Shown in pieces: positions 45,832 through 57,747 of a DNA stretch of 64,000 bases. The translations under genes were made by a program, and so were the position numbers. The stretch's first letter is position 1; every line of letters starts with the position of its first letter. Source of the DNA: Rebecca billardiae RCC1528 (taxonomy: Eukaryota; Protista; Haptophyta); contig OZ251250.1 in assembly GCA_965240325.2 (NCBI GenBank), positions 496,001-560,000 of the forward strand, read 5' to 3'. A model generated the notes under the pieces. The model had not been told where the DNA came from. It made no database searches and saw only the letters and a list, made by a program, of their open reading frames with translations.

Positions 45832-48821
45832 GGCTGCTGCTGCGGCTGCTGCTGCTGCGGCGGCGGCGGCTGCTGCGGCGGCGCGGCGGGTGCGGCGGCA
45901 AGCGTGGCTAGCGGCGCGCCCGCGCCGCCGGCGCCGCCGCCCGCCGGCTGCGCCGCCGTGCCCGCCGGCTGCGCCGCCGCGCCCGCCACGTCCGCCGCGC
46001 CCGCCGCGCCCGCCGCGCCGCCCGCCGCCGCGCCTCGGCGCACTGGTGGCTGCCACAGCGCGAATGTGGTCGTGGCGCGCGGCGAGCCGTCATCCGCCAC
46101 GACGCGGATGTCGGCGGGCGGCAGCGCGGTGAGCCGCGCGGCGTGCTCGGCCGCGTTGCCGATCGTCGCGGAGCAGAGGACGAACACGGGCCGCGCGCCG
46201 TGCATGCCGCACAGCCGGCGCAGCCGCCGCACCACCTGCGCCGTGTGCGCTCCGAACGAGCCTCTATAATAATGGACCTCATCAATCGCCACCACCGCGA
46301 GCCCGCCGAGGAATCGGGACCATTTTGCATGCGCGGGCAGGATCGAGGCGTGGAGGATATCGGGGTTGGCCAGGAGCACGCGCGCCTCGCGCCGCGCCTC
46401 GTCGCGCGCGCCGTGCGGCGTGTCGCCGTCATACGCCACCGCGCGCGCGCCCGCGCCCAGCCCAAGCCCGCTCCCGTCCAGAAGCGACTGCGTCGCGCGC
46501 AGCTGATCCTGGGCCAGCGCCTTGGTCGGAAACAGAAAGAGGGCGGTGGCACCCGCCGAGGCCGCGAGCGCCTCGAGCGTGGGCACCGCGTACGCGAGCG
46601 ACTTGCCCGACGCTGTGCCGGTGCAGAGCAGCACGTGCCGCCCGCCGAGCGCCGAGTCGATCGCCTCAGACTGGTGCGACCAGAGGGCCGCCGGCGGCAC
46701 GCCGAGGTGACCCAGCGCTCGCAGCGTTGGCTCACGGAGCGGCGCGCGCGGCCGCCGGTGCCGCGGCGCGCGCGCGGGCAGCTGCGCCGCGTACGCCAGC
46801 TGGTCCGTGTAGCCGGGGAGCGCGCGTAGGTACCCGAGCACGTCCAGATTGCACCTCGGCGCGCCGAGATCGGGCTCGAGGCTGGGCGTGCCGGGCGCCG
46901 CGCCGCCCGCCGCGTCAAGGGTGCCCGCGCCGCCGCCGCCGTGCCGCTGGCTGCCGCCGCCGCCATGGGACCTGCCACCGGCCGCCGCCGCCGTCACCGG
47001 CGGCGGCGGCGGGCCGAGCAGCGCGGCCCCAAAATCAACCGGCGGCCTCTTGGGACGGCCGCCGCGCCGCCGAGATGCAATCTCGGCGGCGGCGGCGGCG
47101 GCCGAGATTGCAATCTCGGCGGCGGCGGCGCCAGCGGTGCGCGTGGCGCCGCCGCCCGCGCCGCCCGCGCCGCCCTCGCCCGCGACGAGGAAGCTCGCCT
47201 CGCCGAGCGCGCACGTGACGCGCGCCGCCACGGCCGCGGCGGCGCACGGGGTGCCCCGCGCCGTCTGCGCGGCCGCCGCCGCCGGCGGCGGCTGCGCGGC
47301 GCCTGGCGCCAAGCCAGGCAGGGGGCGCGCAGAGGCAGCGGGGCAGCGCGCGCCCGCTGGGAGGAGGCGGCGCGTGAGCGGCTCGCTCGGCGAGCGCGCC
47401 GCGCTGTCGGCCGCGCCGCCTGCCGCCCTCGCCGCCGCGTGGCTCTCGCGGTCGGTCTGTCGAATCGGCGAATCCGCCGCCGCCGCCGCCGCCGCGGCCG
47501 CGCCCAAGCCCACGCCGCCGCCACCCGCGCCCGCTGCCGCGCCGCCGCCGCCGGCCGGCGCGGGCCCGCCGGCCGCCGGCCAATCCGCTGCGCCGCCCGT
47601 GGCGGGCGAGGCCGGCGGTGACGGCGGCGCGCCGAGCGCGGGCGCAAAGTGCGCGCGCAGTCCGGACGGGTCCGGGCCGTCAGTGATTCCGGCGCACTCT
47701 GCGAACCCATCCGGCAACGGCGCGAGCGGAAGCGGAAGGCCCGCCGCAGCCGAGGGCGCGCGCGCGCGCAGCGCTGCGCTCAGCTGCGCGCCGAGCTTGG
47801 CGGCGGCGGTGGTGCCAGGCGAGACGCGCTTGCCGCGCACGACCAGGGCAAGCCTGCTGTCCACCGCCGGATCCGGGAGTGCGCCGGCCGCCGCGCTGCC
47901 GCTGCTGCCGGCCGCCGCGCCGCCGCCGGCCGCGGCGTCAGGCAGGTCAGCAGCGGCGGGCGCGACCGGCTCAGCCGCCTGCACCGCTGCCGTCGCAACC
48001 GGTGCGTCCGGCGCGACTGCCAGCGAGAAGAGCGCGGGCTGCAGCGCGGCGAGCTGGCGCAGCTGTGTCTGGCTGCGCCGCGGCGAGCGCGGGGGGGTGG
48101 CGCGCGGCGCGCGGCGCGTCGCACGAGCGTGTCAGGCGCAGGGCTTCGGCACTGCTGCGCGGCGGGCAGCCGTGGGCCCGCCGCCGAGTGGGCCACACGC
48201 TCGGCCCAGGAGCGCTGCCCGCAGTGCAGCCACAGCGCAGGGCCCTCCCTCGCACGCAGGTGACGAAACACGGCGCAGGCGACGAAACGCACAGGCCGGC
48301 CGGCCGAGGTAGCGCCGCGTGGCCGAGCGCGGCCGAGCGGCGGCAGGCGTGGGGCGGGCGGTCGCGCGTGCGGCGTGGGGGTCGCGGTGCGCGACGCGTG
48401 GCGGTTCACGGCGCGGCGCGCACCTCACCGCCAGGCCCATCGGCGCCAGCCCCGCGCGCAGCCGCGCCACCGTCAGGGGGACATCGCGCGCGCTGAAAAT
48501 GGAATTGAGCGCGAGCAAAGGTTGGAGAAGGTTCTCAAGCATCGCGAGATCGGGCGGGAGCGGGGGCTCGGCGGCGGCGGCGGGCGCGTCCGATTTCTTG
48601 CGCCGCTTCCGCGCGCGCGCGGGCGGCGTGCCGGCGGCGGGTGCATCCGCCGCGCCGGGCGCGTCTGCGCGGCCGCGCGCCGCCGCGCTCGCGGCCGCGG
48701 CCGCCGCCGGCCGCGCGGACGCGCCCGAGCCGATGGCCCTCCGGCCGCGCCTGCTTGTCGGCTGCTGACCCGCCGCGAGCGCGTGCAGGTCGTGCGCGCT
48801 GAGTAGCGCGTCCACGCCCAT
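42773..48821 (-). CDS. HRQ1: HRQ1/MrfA-type DEAH-box helicase with C-terminal DUF1998 Zn site; exons about 48821-48424, 48072-45237, 44872-42773
   Basis: TGTASGKS, PTKALAQDQ, DEVH, SAT, ATSTLELGI, QRAGRAGR, C-x-C-xx-GC-xx-C; splice junctions keep the frame. Confidence 0.9.
44880..44960. repeat. Intronic G-run repeat (taggggtacagtagggg-like), potential G-quadruplex
   Basis: Direct reading; lies at the 3' end of the last helicase intron. Confidence 0.75.
45526..45880 (-). repeat. Coding CAG/CCG trinucleotide repeat (polyQ/P) in the helicase
   Basis: (ctg)n on + strand, interrupted by cgg; in frame as polyQ between helicase motifs III and IV. Confidence 0.95.
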
Positions 48822-48956
48822 GAGCGCGGCGCGTGCCGCGGACAGCCGCGGGGGCGCCCGGTCGAGTCGGTCGAGAAGGGCCCGTTTACGCCCGGGCCGC
48901 GGCGGCACGCCGGACCCTGCTGGGCGTCCGGGCCGCGCGCCCGCCCCGCTGCGAGG

Positions 48957-51900
48957 ATGGCTGCTCGGCTCGCGGCGGCGGCGTTGCTGCTGCTGCGCCT
49001 CGGCGCGGCGGCGGCGGCGGCGGCGGCGAACGGCACGACGGGCAACGTCTTCGTGGACCGCGGCCCCGCGCGCATCGAGGACATCCTCTTCGGCACCGAC
49101 GCCTCGCGCCACGCCGCGCCGTCCGCGTGCGCGCACTCGCTCGGCCTGGGCTGGGTGTCGCAGCTCGGCGCGTCCGTGTACGCGACGCCGGTGATCTCGC
49201 GGCTCCCCGAGGAGTCGTCGCCGCGCGTGGTCGCCGCGACGTACGCGCGCTTCATCGAGGCCGCGCGCGGCTCCGACGGCCACGAGCCGCGCAACTACCC
49301 GCTCGACGCCGGCGCGTCGTTGTTTCACGCCTCGCCGCTGCTTTATGACGCGGACGGCGACGGCGTGGACGACCTGGTGCTCGTGGCGTACGACGGGCAC
49401 GTGAGCGTGGTCGACCAGCGCACCGCGCTGCCCATGACCGCGATCAACCCGCGCGTCGGACGCCACGAGGTCCTCGCGCTGCAGGTGCGCGCGCCTGCAG
49501 CGCTGATTCCGCGCCCGCCCAGCGGCGCCGCGCGGCGCCGCGCCGGCGCGCGGCCGCGCGCGCGCTGAGAGCCTAAGGCGCGTGCTGCGCGCGCGCAGGT
49601 GCCGCGGCTGCGCGTCAAGCGCGGCTGGTACACCGGTCTGCACGACCCGAGCACCGAGCCCGCGGTGCGCGTGGCCGGCACCGACGGCCTCGAGAGTCCG
49701 GATGCGCACCTCCCGGACTCGGACGGTCCGGACGGTCCGGGCTCGGACGGCTCGGACGGCGGCGGCGGCGACGACGACGACGATGGCGGCGAGGACGACG
49801 CGCGCGCGCGCGCCGCGCTGCGCGCGCGGCGCGCGGCCGCCGAGGCCGCCTCGGGCGGCGGCGCGGCCGCATCGCGCGGCGCGGCCGGCAGCTTTGGAGA
49901 GCACTCCCGCGCCGCCGAGCTCCCGATCGGCCCGTTTGGCGGCATGACGGTTGAGGCGGCGCGCTCGTTCGAATTATTCTCGACGGACGCGGAGGACGAG
50001 GGCGGCGGCGGCGGCGGCGGGCCGAGCACGGTGGGCCCCGAGACCGAGCGCCGCCGCGCCGCGCGCGCGTCCCGCGCGCGCGTCGACGCGACCCATATCT
50101 ACATCGACCCTCATGTGCTGGGCACGCCCGCGCTCGCCGACACGGACGGCGACGGGTACGCGGAGGAGCTGGTCGTGGCGGTGTCGTACTACTTCGACGC
50201 GTCGGAGGGCGGCGCGGGCGGCGGCGCGGAGGACGCGGTGGCCGAGCTCGAGCGCGCGGGCGAAGACGCCCACAAGTACGTCGCGGGCGGCGTCGTGGCG
50301 TTCAAGCTGCCGTCCGCGCGAGCCGGCGGCGGCGGCGGCGGTGCGGAGGGCGCGCTGGGCGGCGGCGATGCGGAGGGCGCGGGCCGCGCGTCGAGCGCGC
50401 CGCCGCCGCTCAAGTACACGCTCCCCTCCGCGCCGCTCTGGTCCACGCAGCTCGACCTCACCACGGGCGACGCGGCCGAGCGCGCCTACATCTACTCACC
50501 GCCGACGGTGGTGGACTTGGAGGCGGACGGGGAGAAGGAGGTTCTGGTCGGGACGTCGATGGGCTTCGTGTACGTGCTCTCGGCGCGGGGCGGCGCGACG
50601 CGCGCGGGGTGGCCCGTGCAGATGGCCGAGGTGCAGGGCAAGGTGTGCGCGCCGCGCCGCCCCGCCGGCGGCGCGCGCCGCGCGCTCGCGCCGCGCGCGC
50701 AGCTCACGCGCGAGCGAGCGCGCGGCGCGCACACGGCGCGCGCAGGTGGTCGCGCATGACGTGCTCGGCGACGCGTCGCTCGAGGTGATCGCCACCGACG
50801 CGCACGGCCACGTCGCCGTCTACTCGCCCGCCGCCACGCTGCACTGGGAGCGCCAGCTCTCCGGCCTCGCCGCGCACGGCGTGGCCGTTGGCGACGTCGA
50901 CGGCGACGGCGCCGTCGACCTGGTGCTGGCCACGTCGGCGGGGGCGGTGCACGCGCTGCGCGCCGAGACGGGCGAGGAGCTGCCCGGCTTCCCCGTCCGC
51001 GCGGGCGAGCGCATCCTCGCGCCGCCGCTGCTCATCCAGCTCGCCCGCACCGCCGAGGCCGGCGGCGGCGGCGGCGGCGGCCGCGGCGGCGCGCGCGGCG
51101 GCGCCGGCGGCGCGCTCGGCGGCGGCTCGCGCGCACCTCGGTCGCTGCCGTCGGCGGACGAGATCGACTTCACGAGCGACGCGGTGGGCTCGCGTCGTGG
51201 CGCGCTGGACGGCGTGATCGTCGTCCCCGCCTTCGACGGCCGGCTGTACCTCATCCGCGGGCGCGACGGCTGCACGAGCTCGCTCGACCTGGGCGAGCAG
51301 GCGTATGCGCAGCCGCTGGCGACGGACCTCGCGTTCGATGGGCGCGTGGAGCTCGTGGTGGCGACGATGCACGGCGGGCTCTTCGCGCTGGAGACGAGCA
51401 CGCCCGTCCACCCCGCGCGCGTGCCCGTCTCCGGCGGCCGCTCCGCCGCCGTCGACGCCGCCGCGCCGCCGGGCGCGCTCGCGGGCGCCACCGTGAGCGT
51501 GCACTTTGCGGGCGCGGGCGGGCGCGCGCGCGCGCGCGAGGTGGTGGGGGCGAGCTTCTCGGTGACGGCGGTGGTGGGCGACGGCACGTTCGCACGCGCG
51601 CTCTCCGGCGCGGGCGGCTCCGCCGGCTTCGGCGCGCGCGCCGCCGCCGCGCCGCGGTACACGCTCCGCCTCTTCCTCGGCGGCCGCGAGGTCGGCCACG
51701 AGACGGCGCCCGCGCCGGGACAGGTCGAGTTCCGCTCGATCGGCTCGCTGCCGGCGCGCACGCGCGCGCCGCTGCGCGTGCGGCTGACGGACGCGCACGG
51801 CCGCGTGGCGGAGGACGAGATCGTCCTCGCGTTCAACACCTCCTTCCACCGCGCGCTCAAGTGGATGCTCGCCGCGCCGCTGCTCGCGCTCGCCGCCGCG

Positions 51901-51960
51901 ATCGCGTTCGCGCCCGCCGCGCCGGACGGCGACGCGGAGGCGACGCTGCTCGGGCTGTGA
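48957..51960 (+). CDS. DEX1: DEX1-like (defective in exine formation 1) FG-GAP repeat membrane protein; exons 48957-49484, 49599-50642, 50746-51960 (~928 aa)
   Basis: Signal peptide; SVYATPVI, FHASPLLYDADGDG, VPRLRVKRGWY, DPHVLGTPALADTDGDG, VVAVSYYFD, YIYSPPTVVDL; C-terminal transmembrane segment; all exons phase 0. Confidence 0.88.
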
Positions 51961-52240
51961 GCGCGCGCGGCGCGTGCAAGCCCGAGCCCACGGGATGTAC
52001 ACCTACGTACTACTACACCGTGCGTGCAGGCAGGGCAGCCGCCATCGTGGAGCGAGCCGACAGCAGTATGGCGGGAACCCAAATCGAAAGCTAGGCTAAA
52101 AAAGGCAAGCTGAGCAACCCGGAGAGTCGCCGCCGCCGCCATCGTTCGGTCGTGCGGGTGAGAATTCCGACAAATAAAGCACCCGCTCACATCCGCCGCC
52201 GCTGCCGGCACGCGCGCGTGCTGTCATCAGCGAGCGAGCG

Positions 52241-54007
52241 ATGGCGCCCGCGGCGGCGGCGGAGGAGCAGGAGGCCGGCCCGGCAGCTGCGAGCCTCCCC
52301 GCAGCGTCGGGTGCCGCACCGGCCGCTCTCGCGTGCCCCACCACGGGCGCGGCTCAGGCGGCCGAGGCGGCGGCCGCGCCGCCCGCGGCTGCTGCGGCAG
52401 TGGCAGATGCGAATGGTGGGCACGCTGTGTCACGCCCGAGCACGACGCCAGCGAGCGCCGCGCCGGGCGTCGCGCCGCCCGTATGGCCCGCACGCGCCCC
52501 CGCCCCGCCACCGCCCGCCGCGAGCCCGCCAGCGGACGCTGCCACCGCTGGCGGCTGCGCGCCGGGCGGCGGCGCGCAGGCGCGACCCGTGCCGGCGCGC
52601 GGCGCGTCGAGCCCAGCTGCCAGCCCGCCGCCGCCTCGAATCGGCCCCGCCGCCGCCGGGCCGCCGCCCGCCGACGAGCCCGCGGCCGCGCCAAGCGACG
52701 AGATCGCCGTGTTACCCGCTCCCGCTGTTTCTCCCGCGGCCGCGCGCGCTGCCGGCCGCGATTGCCCCTCACTGCCGCCGGACTCTGCGGCACTCGCGCC
52801 GGGCTCTGTGGCACTCGCGCCGGGCTCTGTGGCACTCGCGCCGGGCTCTGTGGCACGCTCGCCGGGCGTGGCCCCGCCGGCGGGCTTGCCGCGCGCTCGG
52901 TCGCCCGGCGGCGCGCGGCGCGATGCGTCGGCGGCGGTGCCGGCGGTGCGCGGCTCTGCGAGCGCTGACCTGCTGCACGCCGCCATGGCCGGGCTCGTCA
53001 CGCCGCTTGCGCCGCGGGCGGCGATCGGGGCGCGCGCGCACACGCCCGCGCGCGCGCGCGGCGAAGGCGGCGGTGACGACGTCGGCGGTGACGCTGGCGA
53101 CGACCGCGGCGGCGGCGGCGGCACTCGGGAGGCGGACGATGTCGCGAGCCTGCGCGCACGGCTCCAAGCGCAGGAGGCGGTGCTGGACTATCTCCGACAC
53201 GAGATGACCGAGCTCAACTCGCTCCATCATGCCGCGATGGCGGCGGTGGGCGTGGGCACGGGCGGCGGGACGGGCGGCGGCGGCGGGAGCGCTGGCGGCC
53301 GCGGCGGCGGCGGCGGCGGCGACGACGAGGACGAGGACGCGTCGGCGGCGCTCGACGGCGCGGACCTGCGAGCGCGCTTTGCCATCTCGCGACTGCGCTT
53401 CGAGCACAAGCTGCAGCAGCAGGAGCAGCGGCGGCGCGGTGAGGAGGCGGACGCCGCGTCCCGCAAGCTCGCCGCCGTGCGGCGCGCGACCGTGCGGCGG
53501 CGCGGCCAGCTGTGGGCGGAGCGGCTGCTGCGCCGGACGTTCCTCGGCTGGGCGGCGGCGGTGGCGGGCTCGGCGCGCGCGGATGCGCAGGCGCGCGCGA
53601 GCGCGGCCACGCTCACCGCGCGCGAGCTCGGCGCGCTGGTGTGCTCGCAGCGGGAGGCTTTGGCGTCGATGGCGGCCGAGCGCGCGCACTGGCGGACGAG
53701 CGCCGCGCGCGCGGCGGACGCCATCGTGGCGGGGTGCGTCCGGCTGCGCGAAGTCCAGCTGGCGCTCGTCGCGAGCTCGCGCGCCCCCGCGCTCAGGCTG
53801 GCGCCGGCCGTGGCCGAGCGGTTGCGCGCGCTCGCCGCGCAGCTCGAAGCGGTTTCCGACGGCTCGTGCGCCGCGGTGCACTCGGAGCTTCTGTGGGCGA
53901 CGGGGCCGGCCGCGCCGCCGGCCGCGGCGGCCGCGGTGGCGGCGCCGGCGGACGACGATCGAGGCGTGGCGGCGGTCGTGGCGACGAGCGCGGCGGCGTG
54001 CGCATGA
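52241..54007 (+). CDS. Hypothetical protein, Ala/Pro-rich N-terminus and coiled-coil-like middle
   Basis: 588-aa ATG ORF; internal 21-bp repeat (SVALAPG) at ~52783-52860. Confidence 0.65.
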   Translation: MAPAAAAEEQEAGPAAASLPAASGAAPAALACPTTGAAQAAEAAAAPPAAAAAVADANGGHAVSRPSTTPASAAPGVAPPVWPARAPAPPPPAASPPADAATAGGCAPGGGAQARPVPARGASSPAASPPPPRIGPAAAGPPPADEPAAAPSDEIAVLPAPAVSPAAARAAGRDCPSLPPDSAALAPGSVALAPGSVALAPGSVARSPGVAPPAGLPRARSPGGARRDASAAVPAVRGSASADLLHAAMAGLVTPLAPRAAIGARAHTPARARGEGGGDDVGGDAGDDRGGGGGTREADDVASLRARLQAQEAVLDYLRHEMTELNSLHHAAMAAVGVGTGGGTGGGGGSAGGRGGGGGGDDEDEDASAALDGADLRARFAISRLRFEHKLQQQEQRRRGEEADAASRKLAAVRRATVRRRGQLWAERLLRRTFLGWAAAVAGSARADAQARASAATLTARELGALVCSQREALASMAAERAHWRTSAARAADAIVAGCVRLREVQLALVASSRAPALRLAPAVAERLRALAAQLEAVSDGSCAAVHSELLWATGPAAPPAAAAAVAAPADDDRGVAAVVATSAAACA

Positions 54008-54145
54008 AGGCCTTGGGCGCGGACTCCACTCGCCATCGGCCGAGCTCCGACCGTTATTACTGTACGGTCATCCGCTATGATACTACTATTGGACTGTGTA
54101 CTGTAACCGTATATCTTTCCGCAAGTTCGTGGGCCGCACGCCGCG

Positions 54146-55201
54146 ATGGCGCTCGGCGCGGCCGCGCTCGTCGCGGCGGCCGCCGGGGCCGCGCCCCCGC
54201 ACCTCATCCCCCCGTTCGTGCTCGCCTCCGCAGCGTGCTCGGGCTCCACGTGGATTGTGGCGACACTGAAACTGCTGCTCGAGCAGGCCGCCGGCGTCAA
54301 GATGTGCGACACGAACCGAGAAGCGGGCAAGGAGATGCTCCACCTGCACCCGGAGCAAGAGTGGCGCGGCGTGCGGCTGGACAAGGCAGGCACGCTCAGG
54401 CGGATGCGCACGCTGCACCGCGAGTGCTCTGCGGCCAACGCGACCATGCTCCTCAAGGTGCCCACAAGTCTCACCCGCTCGTCCAATGGCATTCCGTACA
54501 CAGACGCCGCGCACGTGCTGCAGGGCATGCGCGCGCGCGCGGCGATGACCTACCGGATGAACCTGATCGACCGGTTCGTCTGCGCGGCGAGGGACTGCAT
54601 GGCCTCGGCCTCGGAAGGGGTCGAGCGCGTGTGGTCGAACAACGGCAGCGTGATCCCGACGCCAACAAACGAGCACGAGTGCTTTGCGCGGCGCAAGCAG
54701 GTGGCGGCACCACGCGACGGACCACACCGACAGCAGCAGCGCGGTCACAAAGACGCGGCCGCGGGCCCGCCGCCCACGGAGATGATCAAAGTCGTCCGCG
54801 CGCAGCGCTTCTTCCGCAAGCTCTCCGCCTGGCGCGACGGCGAGGGTGCGGAGGTCGCCCTGAGGATGGACGCTCTCGGCTACGGCCCGCGCCCCCTCCT
54901 GCCGGTGCCGTACGAGCAGCTCGCGCTCTCCGGGCACACGCCCGAGCGCATCGGCTGGAGCGTGGCGGGCTTCCAACAGCTGCTGCGAGCGCTCCTCGGG
55001 CGCGAGGTGGGCGCGCGCGCGATCGAGCGGGTGCTCGCGAAGGGCGCGGGCACGCGGCCGAAGCCGGCGTCGCACCGCGCCGCGTTTTACAACTTCGACG
55101 ACGTGCGGAGGGCGATGCGCGACTCGAGGGAGCTCGCCCCAGCCATCAAGGCGATGCTGCGCGACGACCTGCTGGGCCGCCGGCCGACTGGCGGGGTGTG
55201 A
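54146..55201 (+). CDS. P-loop sulfotransferase-like protein
   Basis: FVLASAACSGSTW (5'-PSB-like), YRMNLIDR (3'-PB-like) and YEQL motifs; hydrophobic N-terminus. Confidence 0.6.
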   Translation: MALGAAALVAAAAGAAPPHLIPPFVLASAACSGSTWIVATLKLLLEQAAGVKMCDTNREAGKEMLHLHPEQEWRGVRLDKAGTLRRMRTLHRECSAANATMLLKVPTSLTRSSNGIPYTDAAHVLQGMRARAAMTYRMNLIDRFVCAARDCMASASEGVERVWSNNGSVIPTPTNEHECFARRKQVAAPRDGPHRQQQRGHKDAAAGPPPTEMIKVVRAQRFFRKLSAWRDGEGAEVALRMDALGYGPRPLLPVPYEQLALSGHTPERIGWSVAGFQQLLRALLGREVGARAIERVLAKGAGTRPKPASHRAAFYNFDDVRRAMRDSRELAPAIKAMLRDDLLGRRPTGGV

Positions 55202-56439
55202 CGACGTTGCCAGCGCGCACGCGTGCGACCATCGCCCGCCGCGGTTGTACCGGGCCGTGCCGCGCTCGACGTCCGGTACGACTACGAGCCGTGGCAGCGC
55301 CTCAGGAGAGTCCTGAGCTGCACTGCAGGCCTCAGGCCTGTCTGGCCGAGACGCGCTCGCGCTCATCGTCACTACATCAGTACTACTACTCCGCTATCTA
55401 GCAGCGGCGCCGATACGGGCCAGCCGAGCGGCGGGGCGGGCAGTGGCCGAGTGGGCGTGGCTGTGGCTCACATCACTACAGTGCGGCTGCCGCCGCGGGG
55501 CGGGAGTGCCGGGAGTCTGCCCGGAGGCGGAGTGCCGGCGTGCGACAGCGAGTGGCAAGCCCCATATATATATATAGATAGCAGTCGTGCTGGCGCACAA
55601 CGGCTCTCAGTCAGCGCGAGCGCAGCGCTCGATCCGCCGGGCAGTCCGCGCGGACCGTGGCTCATTCCACTAGCCCTCCGCACCAGCACCGCCCCGCCGC
55701 ACGTACTCGGTACTGACAGTACTCAACTCTCAAGCCAGTAGACTCACTGTCAGGATATACTGCCGCCGGCGGCTTCGGTCTTCCTAACGCGCGCAGGCAG
55801 CAGGCGCCATCATTCGCACGTGTGCGCTCCCAGCCATTCCCAGCATGGCCCAGTGCACTAATTACTGCGTGCTCGAGAGCGGCACTTGCGGTGCTTGCGC
55901 CGAGCGGCAAGTAGGCGGTCGGGCGGTCGTGCAGGGGCGTGGCCGCATCATCCCCCGCGCGGGTCGCGCACAGGCGCCTGCTCACTCCACAGGCGCTGTG
56001 TCAGCGCAGCTCGCGCATTGCCTCGCGATCGGCGATGCCGACAGCGGCGACTTGGCAGATTCAGCTCTCAGCGGCGAGCTGGTGGGCGAGCGACGCAATG
56101 ACAGAGCGCGGCGCGAGCAGCAAGACGCACGTGGCGCCCATGCCCAGCGCCGGGCGCGCCTGCCCCCGACGGGCATCGAGGCCTCCGCTGAGCCCGGGTG
56201 CACGCCTCTCAGGCACGGGCTGCGAGCGTGCGAGCGAGGTGCCAGTCGCCGAGCTACGAGTGTGACGCGCTCATATGCGCGCTGCTCGAACTCTCGAAGG
56301 CGCGGCCATCTCTTGAACTGAGGTTGGCGGAGCCTGTCGTCATGGACAGTGGGCAACTTATTCCAGTCCGGTGGCAACGGTACAGTATTGCTTCGGACAG
56401 TGCCGAGTGCGTGTTGAGGGCGCCCCCGGGCGGCCGGGA

Positions 56440-57747
56440 ATGATGGCGGCTCGCCTCCACCTAGCAGTGGCGGCTGTTTGCCTCACAACCGTGCAGTGGC
56501 ATGGCTCCGCAACTCACGTCGTGAGCGCTGCCGCTTCACATGCGCGGGCCGCCGGTGCGAGGCCCAGGCCCAATAAGGGCTCTCGTGCCCAACAGCAGCG
56601 CGTCGATGAGCGCTGCACGCTGCGTGCCATCATCGCTGCGTTCAGACGCCACCCTCCAAGCACCCTGCACGCCTATCTCGATGCCGTCTACGGCAATGCG
56701 AGCGACTGGCATGCGGCTGTGGAGCGTGCGAGCGACTTCCTCGACCGCTTGGATCGCGACATAGTCATTGTATGGACGAGCCATCTGCCACAGGACATTG
56801 TCACTCACTGCGACTGGCCGGCGAGCTTGGCTAGTCAGCAAGTCCCGCGGGCTGGCGAGCTGTACCTTCTCATGGGACTGCAGATGAGACCCAGGCTGGC
56901 CTTGTACATCTATCGCCGCACTGCTTTGTGCAACAGCATTTCGACCGGGGTGCGGTGCGAGAGCCCCCGTGAGCCAATGGCGCCGCCCGCCTTTGCGACC
57001 CCTTTGGGGCCGCGGAATGAGACGAGTGCTGAAGCCGTCCGCATGTACGGGCTCGCTGACGCGGCGCGCTGGGTGGAGGTCCAGCACGTGACGTATGATC
57101 TGATGACGCCGCACAGGTGGTACTACCGGACGCCTGGCTCTGGCCTGTGGTACAGGATGGGCCGCACGCTCGTGTTGGACTCCCACTTGGACTTACTGAG
57201 GTGGTCCAATGCCCATTACGACCCTTTTCCGCTGAATGCAGAGCTGTGCCGCTGGAACTTGACTCACGCATTGAGCAATGCACATGCTGCAGGATACGAC
57301 ACCGTCATGTTCGTGAACCGCTGTGATCATGAATTCAAGCCAATTCTGGAGGAGATTGTGGAGCTCGGCATCTACTCTGGTGGCCGTCATCGCTGCGGGA
57401 ACAGGCTGTACTCAGGGTACGCCCCTCTCACTGCTCTCGTCAACGACTCGCTCGATCCCGCCGCGCACGTGCTCACCCCGTGTGAGTGCGAGTGGGTGTC
57501 CAGACGCACAGCTACGAGCACACTGATCGTGGCTCCGGCTTCACTGAGGCGACAGCGCGGTGCCAAGAATATTAATGTGCGCTCTGCTGCGACTACTGCT
57601 ACTGGCGATTTCCACCATCGGACGACAACCGAAATGAGCATTGGTGATCCGCATGGCCTCGTGGCAACCATTGGTCGCATCAGCCGTGCTGCTGGAGACG
57701 GCGGATTGCTGGGGTGCCTGCGACGAGCCGGCGGACGATATTGCTGA
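56440..57747 (+). CDS. Hypothetical secreted protein, intronless
   Basis: ATG 56440, signal-like N-terminus; conserved-looking WVEV, WYYRTPGSGLWYRMGRT, GYDTVMF and EIV motifs; function unknown. Confidence 0.7.
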   Translation: MMAARLHLAVAAVCLTTVQWHGSATHVVSAAASHARAAGARPRPNKGSRAQQQRVDERCTLRAIIAAFRRHPPSTLHAYLDAVYGNASDWHAAVERASDFLDRLDRDIVIVWTSHLPQDIVTHCDWPASLASQQVPRAGELYLLMGLQMRPRLALYIYRRTALCNSISTGVRCESPREPMAPPAFATPLGPRNETSAEAVRMYGLADAARWVEVQHVTYDLMTPHRWYYRTPGSGLWYRMGRTLVLDSHLDLLRWSNAHYDPFPLNAELCRWNLTHALSNAHAAGYDTVMFVNRCDHEFKPILEEIVELGIYSGGRHRCGNRLYSGYAPLTALVNDSLDPAAHVLTPCECEWVSRRTATSTLIVAPASLRRQRGAKNINVRSAATTATGDFHHRTTTEMSIGDPHGLVATIGRISRAAGDGGLLGCLRRAGGRYC

